DNA from: Firmicutes bacterium CAG:194
GTDB lineage: Bacteria > Bacillota > Clostridia > Lachnospirales > Lachnospiraceae
Length of the DNA stretch: 32,000 bases
Reading direction: 5' to 3'
Assembly (NCBI GenBank): GCA_000432915.1
Contig: HF995227.1
Span: 1-32,000, forward strand
The stretch's first letter is position 1, and every line of letters begins with the position of its first letter. Under the pieces are notes generated by a model, which saw nothing but the letters and a program-made list of their open reading frames with translations, did not search any database and was not told the DNA's origin. The position numbers and the translations under genes are program-made. Positions 1 to 8,328 of this stretch are shown piece by piece.

Positions 1-469
1 CCGCTCTTGCGATCGCTACCATCTGCTGGATTGCGATAGAGCAGCTAGCAAGCTGCTGGGTTGCTTTTGCCGGTATATCAAGCGACTGCAGAATATCATC
101 TGCCGCCTTATTCATTTTCTTCCAGTTCTGTCCTACGCCCTTTGTTCTGCCAATAAACATATTTTCTGCTACAGACAGATTCGGACAGAGTGTAATTTCC
201 TGATATACAGTACTGATACCAAGATTTTGTGCATCCTGCGGAGAACGGATCACCGCCTCTTTCTCCATTCCTTTCAGATAAATATGTCCTTCATCTTTTG
301 TATAAACACCTGTCAGCACCTTGATCAATGTTGATTTTCCCGCACCGTTTTCACCCATCAGTGCATGGATCTCTCCCTCGCACAGATTAAAATCCACATT
401 CTGTAGTGCCTTTACGCCGGGGAAGCTTTTATAAATACCTTTCACTTCAAGTACTCTGTTTTCTTTCAC
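1..469 (-). CDS. Sugar ABC transporter ATP-binding protein, N-terminal part (YtfR/RbsA-like); the 3' end lies beyond the window start
   Basis: Absent from the ORF track because there is no stop in the window. Reverse-strand translation from GTG (467-469) reads VKENRVLEVKGIYKSFPGVKALQNVDFNLCEGEIHALMGENGAGKSTLIKVLTGVY...SIAIQQMVAIARA. It has Walker A GENGAGKST. The SD GGAAGGAGG lies 6 nt upstream of the GTG. The nearby ATG is out of frame and stops after 9 codons. Confidence 0.85.
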   Translation of the reverse strand, partial: MKENRVLEVKGIYKSFPGVKALQNVDFNLCEGEIHALMGENGAGKSTLIKVLTGVYTKDEGHIYLKGMEKEAVIRSPQDAQNLGISTVYQEITLCPNLSVAENMFIGRTKGVGQNWKKMNKAADDILQSLDIPAKATQQLASCSIAIQQMVAIARA

Positions 470-486
470 CCTGCATCCTCCTTCCT

Positions 487-531
487 ATAAAAAGGGAGCG
501 CAAGGCAGCTTTTTTGCTGCGCTGCGCTCCC
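487..531 (-). terminator. Intercistronic terminator/attenuator hairpin between the binding-protein and ATPase genes
   Basis: On the minus strand GGGAGCGC (524-531) pairs with GCGCTCCC (494-501), and GCAGC pairs with GCTGC around an A6 loop. TTTTTAT follows. The structure sits 23 nt after the binding-protein stop and just before the ATPase SD. Confidence 0.6.
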
Positions 532-554
532 GGCTGTTTGTATGATCGTGGATC

Positions 555-1607
555 TTAGATTCCGTAGTTGTCTACATCTTCCTGTGTGATCGTTGTAGCA
601 TCAAAGCCTTTTTCATCCATGATGATTGTCTTTTCAGAGATTGTCTCACCATTTTCAATCTTCTTGATGATGTCATCGATGTAAGAAGCCTGGAATGGGT
701 TACACTGTCCGTCGTAGTTCCAGTTCTGGTTTAATAATTCTTCAAGTGCCCACTTATTGCAGTCAAATCCCATAACGATTACGTCTTTGCCTACACCGTG
801 AGGAATATTCGCTTTATCAAGAGCCGCTACAGCACCTTTTGCCATATCATCGTTTTCAGCATAGATGACATTGAAGGATTTACCTGAGTCGATAACAGAC
901 TGTACGATCTGCTGTGCTTTTTCTGAGTTCCATTCAGCGGTCTGCTGTGTTACAAGATTCCATCCGTCAGATGCAACTGTATCATTTAAAGCACCTGTAC
1001 GACCCTGCTGTGCTGCAGAACCCATAACACCCTGTAAATGAATGATATTGTATTCATCAAGGTTCTGGCCCTTTAACCATTCAACTGCTGTTTCTCCTTC
1101 TTTTGCCATATCGGAAACGATAGATGCTTCGTAAAGGCTCTCATCTGCATCGATCGTACGATCGAATAAGATAACTCTGATTCCTGCATCCTGTGCATCC
1201 TGCAGAACTGAATCCCAGCCTGCTGTATCTGCTGCGGAGAGAAGAAGATAATCAACACCGTCCTGAATGAACTTCTGTGCTGCTGTGATCTGTTCATCAT
1301 TCTTTAAGCTGTATGCGAATGATGCTTCATATCCATTTTCTTCTGTGAACATTGCTTTCATATCTTTATCGTTTGCCGTACGATATCCTGATTCATTCGG
1401 ATCATTATTGATGATACCTACCTTGATCAGATCTCCTGATGCTGCAGGTGCTTCTGCATCTGCACTTGCATCTGTGCTTTCCTCTGTGCTTTCCTCTGTG
1501 CTGCTGTCAGCAGGAGCTGTTGTGTCTGCTGCGCTGCTTCCGCATCCTACCAGCATTGTTGCGATCATTGCGGTGCTAAGTAAAATCCCTAATAATTTCT
1601 TTTTCAT
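555..1607 (-). CDS. Sugar ABC transporter substrate-binding lipoprotein (periplasmic-binding-protein family 1, YtfQ/RbsB-like)
   Basis: Signal peptide with lipobox LVGC-GSS, followed by a Ser/Thr/Glu/Ala linker. The body resembles YtfQ: ESGYR, TAGWDSVLQDAQDAGIRVILFDRTID, ENDDMAKGA. SD AAAGGAGG. Confidence 0.88.
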   Translation of the reverse strand: MKKKLLGILLSTAMIATMLVGCGSSAADTTAPADSSTEESTEESTDASADAEAPAASGDLIKVGIINNDPNESGYRTANDKDMKAMFTEENGYEASFAYSLKNDEQITAAQKFIQDGVDYLLLSAADTAGWDSVLQDAQDAGIRVILFDRTIDADESLYEASIVSDMAKEGETAVEWLKGQNLDEYNIIHLQGVMGSAAQQGRTGALNDTVASDGWNLVTQQTAEWNSEKAQQIVQSVIDSGKSFNVIYAENDDMAKGAVAALDKANIPHGVGKDVIVMGFDCNKWALEELLNQNWNYDGQCNPFQASYIDDIIKKIENGETISEKTIIMDEKGFDATTITQEDVDNYGI

Positions 1608-1760
1608 GGCGTATCCTCCTTTTTGCTTGTTACCACGTTTTTGATGATCTAATCATAACGTAATCTGCCGGCAAAAAATACGGAGTTTCTTTTGAATAAA
1701 GTGTAAATTTTTTCTAATATTCGGGATGTTATTATTTTTTTTAAGAAAAAGTTGAATTTT

Positions 1761-3215
1761 TTACGAAATATGTTTGATTTTATTGCATGGAATCCTGACA
1801 TAGACTCTTGTCCATTCCCCATACTCGCTTTCCAATTGTAATCCATACCCCTGTCCATAATTCAGACAGATTCTCTGCTGCACATTATAAAGTCCAAATC
1901 CGCTTGGATTTTCCTTCTCCTCTATTTCACCATCCAATACTTTTTTCAGACGGATCAGCTTTTCCGGATCAATCCCGCTTCCGTCGTCATAAACTTCAAA
2001 TATCAGATAATCTCCCTCTATCTGTCCGCTGATACGGATATGCCCCAGCCTTCTTTTGTTTTTAATGCCATGATACAATGCATTTTCAACAAGAGGCTGC
2101 AATGTCATTTTTAATATTTTGTATTGATACAACTCTTCCGGTATTTCTATTTCATACTCCAGAATATCCTGATAGCGGAACTGCTGGATCTGGAGATAAC
2201 TTTGGATATGCAGCTCTTCTTCCTGCACCGTAATAAAATCCTGCCCCTTCGAAAGTGTTGTACGAAAAAAATCAGAAAGCGAAGATACCATATTGACGAC
2301 CTGCTCTTTTTCGCCTGCCTCTGCCAGCCAGATGATCGTATCCAGCGTATTATATAAAAAATGCGGATTAATCTGCGCCTGCAGGAGCTTCAGCTCTGTT
2401 GCTTTCAGATTGAGCTGCTCCACTTTGATCCCTTCTACAAGATTGCCGATCTGCTCCACCATCTGGTTAAAACTTGTGCTTAAGATCGCCATTTCATCAT
2501 CATTGCCACCTTTTGCCCGGACTGCAAAATCACCCTGTCCAGCAATTCTGGTTGCTTCACACAAGCTTTCGATCGGTTTTGTGATTCTCAGCATGATCTT
2601 CCGACTGATGATGAGTGCTGCTGCCAGGATTAAAACAAAGCTTACTGTCACCGTCCGTGTTGCCTGATCCACATCCATTCGGATATCACTTCTGAGGTTT
2701 TCCAGATTTGTCGCCTGATAATAAATATACTGCTGGATCTGATCCTGGATCAGCTGTGTCAAAATACGGATATTAACATCCAAACGTTCCATATTTTTAT
2801 CGTATTGCCCGGAAATCAGCGCATCCTTCTCTATTTCTTCCACACGATCCTCTAATGTATCCAGTGCTTTCAATATCATCGTCAGCTGATTCTTCGCATA
2901 CTCGTCCTCTGTGGCATCATACATCTTCTGAAAGGACTGCCTTGCATCATCTATCATTTCATGCGGCTTTTGCGTATCGACAAGCTCCTTGGCACGTTCA
3001 GAGTTTACCGCAATGATATACATGATGTAATCCATATCATCCTTAAAATTGATATTATATGCATTAGCCATTTCAATCTTTCCAACGATCGCATCATAAC
3101 GATCCGCAAAACTGTAGATCATAATGATCAGGTAGATAATGATCACAACCAGCGGCAGCAGACAAATACCCATCAACATATTCAGACGTTGTTTCAGCAA
3201 CGAATTCTTTTTCAA
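1761..3215 (-). CDS. Sensor histidine kinase, YesM/LytS-type (2 TM + HAMP + His_kinase + HATPase_c)
   Basis: H-box INPHFLYNTLD. N-box LVENALYHG. G-boxes DDGSGI and GFGLYNV. TTG start with AGGAGG 5 nt upstream. Confidence 0.88.
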   Translation of the reverse strand: MKKNSLLKQRLNMLMGICLLPLVVIIIYLIIMIYSFADRYDAIVGKIEMANAYNINFKDDMDYIMYIIAVNSERAKELVDTQKPHEMIDDARQSFQKMYDATEDEYAKNQLTMILKALDTLEDRVEEIEKDALISGQYDKNMERLDVNIRILTQLIQDQIQQYIYYQATNLENLRSDIRMDVDQATRTVTVSFVLILAAALIISRKIMLRITKPIESLCEATRIAGQGDFAVRAKGGNDDEMAILSTSFNQMVEQIGNLVEGIKVEQLNLKATELKLLQAQINPHFLYNTLDTIIWLAEAGEKEQVVNMVSSLSDFFRTTLSKGQDFITVQEEELHIQSYLQIQQFRYQDILEYEIEIPEELYQYKILKMTLQPLVENALYHGIKNKRRLGHIRISGQIEGDYLIFEVYDDGSGIDPEKLIRLKKVLDGEIEEKENPSGFGLYNVQQRICLNYGQGYGLQLESEYGEWTRVYVRIPCNKIKHIS

Positions 3216-3229
3216 AACTGCCTCCTGTC

Positions 3230-4852
3230 TTATACCTGTGTACGGAATTCACGCGGGGTACACTTTTGTACTTTTTTAAACAGATAACTGAAATAATGCG
3301 CATCCTTGTAGCCAACTGCATACGCAATTTCTGCCGTTTTCATTGTACTGCTCCGCAGAAGCTGCTTTGCCCTTTCCATTCTGACGTTTGTCAAATATTC
3401 AATAAAGGTTTCTCCCATTTCCTTACTGAATATTGTACTGAAATGACTTGGACTGATATTTACACTTGCAGCCACTTGATTCAGTGAAATATCTTCTTCC
3501 TCATAATGATGCTCGATGTAGGAAACAGCCTCTTTTAAAAGATCACTGTAACGCTTCCTTGACACAGACTCCCGACATTCCAATGTTGCATCGAGTACTT
3601 TTTTGATATATTCTTTTGTCTGCTCTATTGTCTGTATCACCTGTTCCATTTCCTTCAGATCACCGCAACGCTCTACCAGTTCTTTTGAGGAAAATCCAAG
3701 CCTTTCCAGAAAAGCTACCGCAGCCAGATAAAAATCCATGGCAACATACTGTCTGAACATCAGTGACTGGACACTCTTTTCACCCAGACTCATAAAATAA
3801 TCATCTACAAAGTTGGAAACTTCCCTGCGCAGACCTGTATGAATGAAATTCTCAATAATTTTGTGATTGAGTTTATCAACCTGTACAGAACTGATCAGAA
3901 GTTCTTCATTTTCATTCTTTTCAGTCTGCGGATTTTCGGATGATCCGACATCTCTGACCGGTATTTCCAAAATCTGGTTCCACTTTTTAAAATACTGGAA
4001 AGCAAACTTCTTTTCAGCCTCTTTCAGAGAATTTTTGATCTCCCTGAGTCTTTCCACCGGATTTCCGAGTGCTCCGAAGTATTCCACCGGCGGATCTGTT
4101 TTTTCTGTGATCTGTCTGACTGCCTTTCTGCAGCTTTCAATCCGCCTCTCCATCTTCTCTGCATCATCCGCAGTCAGTAAGAAGAGCCATTCATCCACGC
4201 CTCTCCGGAAAGAAAATACACCGCTTAACGTATCCAGCGCGCTCTCAATTTCCGCATACGTCTCCTGCTTTCCCCCGTTTTCGGTAATTTTTAAAAGCAG
4301 TATATTATATAAGGGCGCACTCAGATCCATCCCCAGAGATTCTCCTGTCTCCAGTATTTGAGCCAGACTTAGATTCTGTGCTATGATCTGGTTTAAAAAC
4401 CGTTCTTTTTCCAGCTCACGGTTTTCCTTCATATCTTCTCTATACTTCTTGATCAGTTCTTTTTCTTCCTGCTCCTGTCTGATCACTTCTTTCACCTGTG
4501 CGAGCACATCCAGAAGCTTTGCGGAAGAGATTGGTTTCAACAAATATTCCGCAACCTGTAATTTGATCGCCTCTTTCGCATATTCAAATTCGTCATATCC
4601 GCTCAGGATCAATATTTTGGTTGCGGGAAGTTCTTTTCTGACCAGCTTACTAAGCTGTAATCCATCCATAAAAGGCATTTTGATATCTGTGATCAGAATA
4701 TCCGGCTTCGTCTTTAAGATCATCGGATATGCGAGTTCACCATCTCCCGCTTCTCCCACAAACTCATATCCTTCTTTTCCCCAGTCAATACTGTTTTTGA
4801 TTCCCTTACGGATTGCAATTTCATCTTCCACCAAAAAAATCTTTATCATCAT
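3230..4852 (-). CDS. Response regulator with AraC/XylS HTH output (YesN-like)
   Basis: N-terminal receiver domain (VEDE...ILITDIKMPFMDG...K). C-terminal AraC HTH pair (LNQVAASVNISPSHFSTIFSKE ... AEIAYAVGYKDAHYFSYLFKK). Confidence 0.9.
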   Translation of the reverse strand: MMIKIFLVEDEIAIRKGIKNSIDWGKEGYEFVGEAGDGELAYPMILKTKPDILITDIKMPFMDGLQLSKLVRKELPATKILILSGYDEFEYAKEAIKLQVAEYLLKPISSAKLLDVLAQVKEVIRQEQEEKELIKKYREDMKENRELEKERFLNQIIAQNLSLAQILETGESLGMDLSAPLYNILLLKITENGGKQETYAEIESALDTLSGVFSFRRGVDEWLFLLTADDAEKMERRIESCRKAVRQITEKTDPPVEYFGALGNPVERLREIKNSLKEAEKKFAFQYFKKWNQILEIPVRDVGSSENPQTEKNENEELLISSVQVDKLNHKIIENFIHTGLRREVSNFVDDYFMSLGEKSVQSLMFRQYVAMDFYLAAVAFLERLGFSSKELVERCGDLKEMEQVIQTIEQTKEYIKKVLDATLECRESVSRKRYSDLLKEAVSYIEHHYEEEDISLNQVAASVNISPSHFSTIFSKEMGETFIEYLTNVRMERAKQLLRSSTMKTAEIAYAVGYKDAHYFSYLFKKVQKCTPREFRTQV

Positions 4853-4885
4853 CCGAGCCCCCAGAAAAATAGTACTATTTTTATC

Positions 4886-4914
4886 ATCTTATATAATTTG
4901 CCGAAAAATAGCAA
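4886..4914 (-). promoter_or_regulatory. Candidate sigma-A promoter for the two-component operon
   Basis: Minus strand TTGCTA - 17 nt - TAAGAT, about 30 nt upstream of the response-regulator start. Sequence match only. Confidence 0.3.
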
Positions 4915-4946
4915 TAAATAAATCCGGTCTTCTAACAGACCGGATT
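4913..4946 (-). terminator. Rho-independent terminator after the membrane zinc-ribbon gene
   Basis: 10-bp stem AATCCGGTCT/AGACCGGATT (4921-4930 / 4937-4946) with a 6-nt loop, followed on the minus strand by TATTTATT. Confidence 0.7.
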
Positions 4947-4955
4947 CCAATCCCT

Positions 4956-5561
4956 TTACGCATTTATATAGCTGCCACAATACGGACACTTGCTGGAATA
5001 CCCCGTTGCAGCCTGAAAGCTGGAACCACAGTTCGGGCAGGAAACAGCCACCATTTTCAGCTGCATCGGATCTACCGGCTTGTCATCCATCAGTTCTTCC
5101 TCTCCCGGCAGATATTCACTTCTGACAGATTTCGGATCATAGTCATATTTATCCCGGTAGCAATAAATGTCAACGGTCATTCCGATAGGAAGCATTTTAG
5201 AGGAACCCTTTTCAAAACATGTCGGAATGACAGCCTCTCTTTCTGTGTGCGTTTCATCGAAATAGTGCACCACTGTATTGACTGTATAAGAGTTATTTAC
5301 CGTAAAAGAGGTATTCTCCACATAGCTGTACACTTTCGCCACATACTTTTTCCCTTTTTTCCGAATTCTCCCTTTGACACTCTTATGTATTACAATTCCC
5401 GCCAGAAATCCAATACCAATCACCACAAAAATAAGCGGCATAAAAACTGCTCCTCCTGCCTCTGCAAAGCCTCCTGAAGTTATAAATACCAGAAATACAC
5501 CTCCGCCAATTATCACATAGGCAGCACCCATGATTCCCAGAATAAAATATATCACACCCAT
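4956..5561 (-). CDS. Membrane protein: two N-terminal TM helices, a beta-rich domain (DUF3592-like) and a C-terminal zinc ribbon
   Basis: Two hydrophobic Gly-rich helices lie in residues 1-60. The C-terminus carries CPNCGSS...CPYCGS. SD AAAGGA. It lies immediately downstream of tadA on the same strand. Confidence 0.6.
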   Translation of the reverse strand: MGVIYFILGIMGAAYVIIGGGVFLVFITSGGFAEAGGAVFMPLIFVVIGIGFLAGIVIHKSVKGRIRKKGKKYVAKVYSYVENTSFTVNNSYTVNTVVHYFDETHTEREAVIPTCFEKGSSKMLPIGMTVDIYCYRDKYDYDPKSVRSEYLPGEEELMDDKPVDPMQLKMVAVSCPNCGSSFQAATGYSSKCPYCGSYINA

Positions 5562-5634
5562 CTCGTTTCCTTTCTTCCGTCACCTATAACGCATCTGAAC
5601 CGATAAGATCATTTTGTCTCGCAGAACAGTTCCA

Positions 5635-6240
5635 TTATTTCCTATTGCAAATACCACTACCGTCTGTTTCATGCAGGCGTTTTCTAAGTCCGGCAAAAAA
5701 CTGTTTCAAAATCTGGCTGCATTCCGCTTCGCAGACACCATAGGTGGTCTGCACCTGATGGTTGAACTGCTTCATCGTAAACAGATTCAGTATAGAACCG
5801 GCGCAGCCTGCTTTCGGATTCATCGCTCCGATCACAACCTCCTTGACACGCGCCTGCACGATCGCGCCCGCGCACATCTGGCATGGCTCCAATGTCACAT
5901 AAAGTGTGCATTCCTCAAGCCGCCAGTCATTTAATTTTTTACTTGCTTTCCGAATGGCCGTGATCTCCGCATGCGATAATGTGCTCTTATCGGTATTGCG
6001 TCTGTTATAGCCGCGTCCGATCACTTTTCCGTCCTGTACGATCACACAGCCGATCGGTACTTCGCCAAGCTCTTTTGCCTTTTTCGCCTGCAAAAGAGCC
6101 TGTTTCATAAACTTCTCATCTGTTTTTTGTTTCAGTATAAGTGCCTGCTGCCTTGCTTCTTCTTCCTTGCGCAGCTTCTCTTCTTTGGCGCGAAGCCGGT
6201 TTTCCCGGCGTTTTAATTGTTTTTCTGTCAGTTCATGCAT
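5635..6240 (-). CDS. tadA: tRNA adenosine(34) deaminase TadA, with a charged N-terminal extension of about 44 aa or an alternative internal start
   Basis: CDA-fold zinc motifs HAEITAI and PCQMCAGAI. The core begins at FMKQALLQAKKA. The first 44 residues are K/E/R-rich. Confidence 0.9.
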   Translation of the reverse strand: MHELTEKQLKRRENRLRAKEEKLRKEEEARQQALILKQKTDEKFMKQALLQAKKAKELGEVPIGCVIVQDGKVIGRGYNRRNTDKSTLSHAEITAIRKASKKLNDWRLEECTLYVTLEPCQMCAGAIVQARVKEVVIGAMNPKAGCAGSILNLFTMKQFNHQVQTTYGVCEAECSQILKQFFAGLRKRLHETDGSGICNRK

Positions 6241-6471
6241 AACCTATCTTTCCGTTTTATTTCTTTTTCATCCGCTTCTATTATTACCGCAAATGCCTTA
6301 TACTTCTATCATACGGGTTATGCGTAAAAATAACAAGCATTCCCGCATAAAAATAGCTGCACAAAATATCCAGATCCGCTATACCCTCAGACCTTTAAAG
6401 TGTTATACTGTTTATCTGGGACATCGCATCCCCACGGAACGTTTTTTGTGTAATAGGAAAGAAGGCAGCTT

Positions 6472-7215
6472 ATGTTATTTTGCGGTTTACAAAAGACAAC
6501 TTTATTAGATTATCCGGAGCACGTAGCAGCTACTGTTTTTCTCGGTGGCTGTAATTTCCGCTGCCCATATTGCCAGAACAGTGACCTTCTATTAGATCCT
6601 GCTTCTTATGCTGCATACACAAAACAAGATATCCTTTCTTATTTACAAAAAAGAAAGAATATCCTGACAGGTGTCTGTATTACCGGCGGCGAACCGACGA
6701 TCTATCATGATCTGCCTGATTTTCTGGCCGAGGTCAAACAGCTGGGCTATCTGGTCAAGCTTGACTCAAATGGCAGCAATCCTTTCATGCTGCAGACGCT
6801 TTATGAACAGAAGCTGATCGACTACGTGGCAATGGATATCAAATCCGGTCCTTCCGATTATCTGAAGGTGGCAGGACTGACTGATCCGACAGATCACAGT
6901 ACTTCTTATGCCTTTTCCGATGAAATGCTTGCCCGCATCCGCGAAAGCGTGCATTTTCTGATGCACGAGACAGATGAAAGGCGTTTCACCTACGAATTCC
7001 GCACCACAGTCGTCCGCGAGCTGCACAGCGCAGAAACTTTCCGCGAGATAGGTGACTGGATCAAAGGCGCCAAAAGATACTTTCTGCAGTCCTACAAAGA
7101 AAGCGAACGGGTTCTATGCCCCGGCTTTTCTGCCTATTCCCGCATGGAACTGGAGAAGTTTATAGAGATATTGAAACCAAATATCCCTTCGGTCGCACTG
7201 CGGGGCGTAGACTGA
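6472..7215 (+). CDS. Radical-SAM activating enzyme, anaerobic ribonucleotide reductase activase-like (NrdG2 type)
   Basis: N-terminal DYPEHVAATVFLGGCNFRCPYCQN (CxxxCxxC cluster site) and GVCITGGEP. The size of 247 aa is typical of this family. Confidence 0.8.
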   Translation: MLFCGLQKTTLLDYPEHVAATVFLGGCNFRCPYCQNSDLLLDPASYAAYTKQDILSYLQKRKNILTGVCITGGEPTIYHDLPDFLAEVKQLGYLVKLDSNGSNPFMLQTLYEQKLIDYVAMDIKSGPSDYLKVAGLTDPTDHSTSYAFSDEMLARIRESVHFLMHETDERRFTYEFRTTVVRELHSAETFREIGDWIKGAKRYFLQSYKESERVLCPGFSAYSRMELEKFIEILKPNIPSVALRGVD

Positions 7216-7280
7216 TCGAGCTGCCATGCGCCACACTACCGCCTGTTCTGCCTTGTTTGCCGCACTGACCGTTCGCATAT

Positions 7281-8228
7281 TTATCTGACTTTACACAGAA
7301 AATACCCATATGCCCCCATCTGTGGCATTTCTGCTCTGCTTTCTTCCCCAATTTCACAATGTTGCAGATTTTCCGCCTCAATGAAAAGTGGAAAGCCCAT
7401 CATTTTTGCCGCGATCGCTTCCCGCTGGCTAAAATTACCCGGAACACCGATAAACCCGTCACCAGCCACCACATGTCTGTACTGATAATATCCATGCAGC
7501 AAAAAGCTGTTATAATACAGCTCTCTCTGTTTTTCTCCCATGGAAAGAAGCTGCGTCAGATCCTGGATATAGAGCACTTGATTTTCCGGTATTTCAGTCT
7601 CCTTCCTGCTTTCTTTTGTCTCTACCCGGCTCTTGTTTTGCATCTCCTGTGATCGTTCCTCATCTCCCGGCGCCACTTTCGATTCTGATTCCGGTTTCTT
7701 TATTTGGCATTCTTCTGATTTTGATTCTGATTTCTTCATTTGGCATTCTTCTGATTTTGATTCTGATTTCTTCATTTGGCATTCTTCTGATTCTGATTTC
7801 TGCTTTGTTTCTTTCGATTCTTCCGATTTCTTTATCTGGCGTTCCTCAGATTCTGGTTTCTGCTTCATTTTCCCTTCTTTATCTATATCCGGGATCTGCA
7901 TCCTCACATCCGCCTCTTCCACATTCTGTTTTTCCTCTGTGACAGCATCCGCTTCTCCACGGATCTCCTTTCCTCCGGGCAAAAAGATCCTGCAATCCAC
8001 GATCCCTTCCATTTCTTCCGCTTCCTCCAACTTTTGCAAAAACTGCATCTGCCGTCCGCCGGATACAAATACAATATCCCAGCTTTTTTCCTTCTCCTGT
8101 CCGCCCAGAAGATAACGCAGTCTGCAGCTTCCTTTCCCCCCGGCAGCCGGCAGATCCTGCAGTAGAAATTCCACCTTTACCTTCCGCCCCATGACCGTCA
8201 GCTTCCGCAGCCCCGCTTTGGACAACAT
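7281..8228 (-). CDS. Hypothetical protein with a central Glu/Lys/Ser-rich tandem repeat and a conserved-looking C-terminal domain
   Basis: The ORF track extends to a TTG at 8276. I prefer the ATG at 8226-8228 because AAAGGAG lies 5 nt upstream. Central repeat KSESKSEECQMK x2 plus degenerate copies. C-terminus ...NSFLLHGYYQYRHVVAGDGFIGVPGNF... Confidence 0.6.
   Translation of the reverse strand: MLSKAGLRKLTVMGRKVKVEFLLQDLPAAGGKGSCRLRYLLGGQEKEKSWDIVFVSGGRQMQFLQKLEEAEEMEGIVDCRIFLPGGKEIRGEADAVTEEKQNVEEADVRMQIPDIDKEGKMKQKPESEERQIKKSEESKETKQKSESEECQMKKSESKSEECQMKKSESKSEECQIKKPESESKVAPGDEERSQEMQNKSRVETKESRKETEIPENQVLYIQDLTQLLSMGEKQRELYYNSFLLHGYYQYRHVVAGDGFIGVPGNFSQREAIAAKMMGFPLFIEAENLQHCEIGEESRAEMPQMGAYGYFLCKVR
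7703..7800 (-). repeat. In-frame 36-nt tandem repeat inside the CDS (two perfect units plus one truncated unit)
   Basis: 7703-7738 and 7739-7774 are identical (TTTGGCATTCTTCTGATTTTGATTCTGATTTCTTCA). A third unit from 7775 is shortened. Degenerate GATTCTGATTTC-type copies extend over about 7670-7870. Confidence 0.95.
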
Positions 8229-8328
8229 CTGCTCTCCTTTATACACATAAACATAATCCTTTTTCTGCGTAAACAAAATAGCACTTCCCTATATTGAACC
8301 ATTTAATCCAATATATGAAAGTGCTTAT

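Noticed and set aside
1649-1760. Possible operator (ATGAT-CTA-ATCAT palindrome near 1655-1667) and promoter upstream of the binding-protein gene
   Set aside because: The arms are only 5 bp and I found no clear -35/-10 pair. The site is plausibly an activator-dependent promoter for the AraC-type response regulator, but the sequence alone does not support it.
4383-5477. 364-aa ORF on the plus strand
   Set aside because: It is entirely antisense to two well-supported minus-strand genes, the response regulator and the zinc-ribbon protein. It is Ser/Phe/Ile-rich and low-complexity, as expected for the reverse frame of Lys/Glu-rich coding sequence. It has no SD.
7616-8115. Possible CRISPR array or independent plus-strand ORFs over the repeat region
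   Set aside because: The repeats are directly tandem (36 nt, no spacers), in frame, and embedded in a continuous minus-strand ORF. The plus-strand ORFs are low-complexity mirror images of that ORF.
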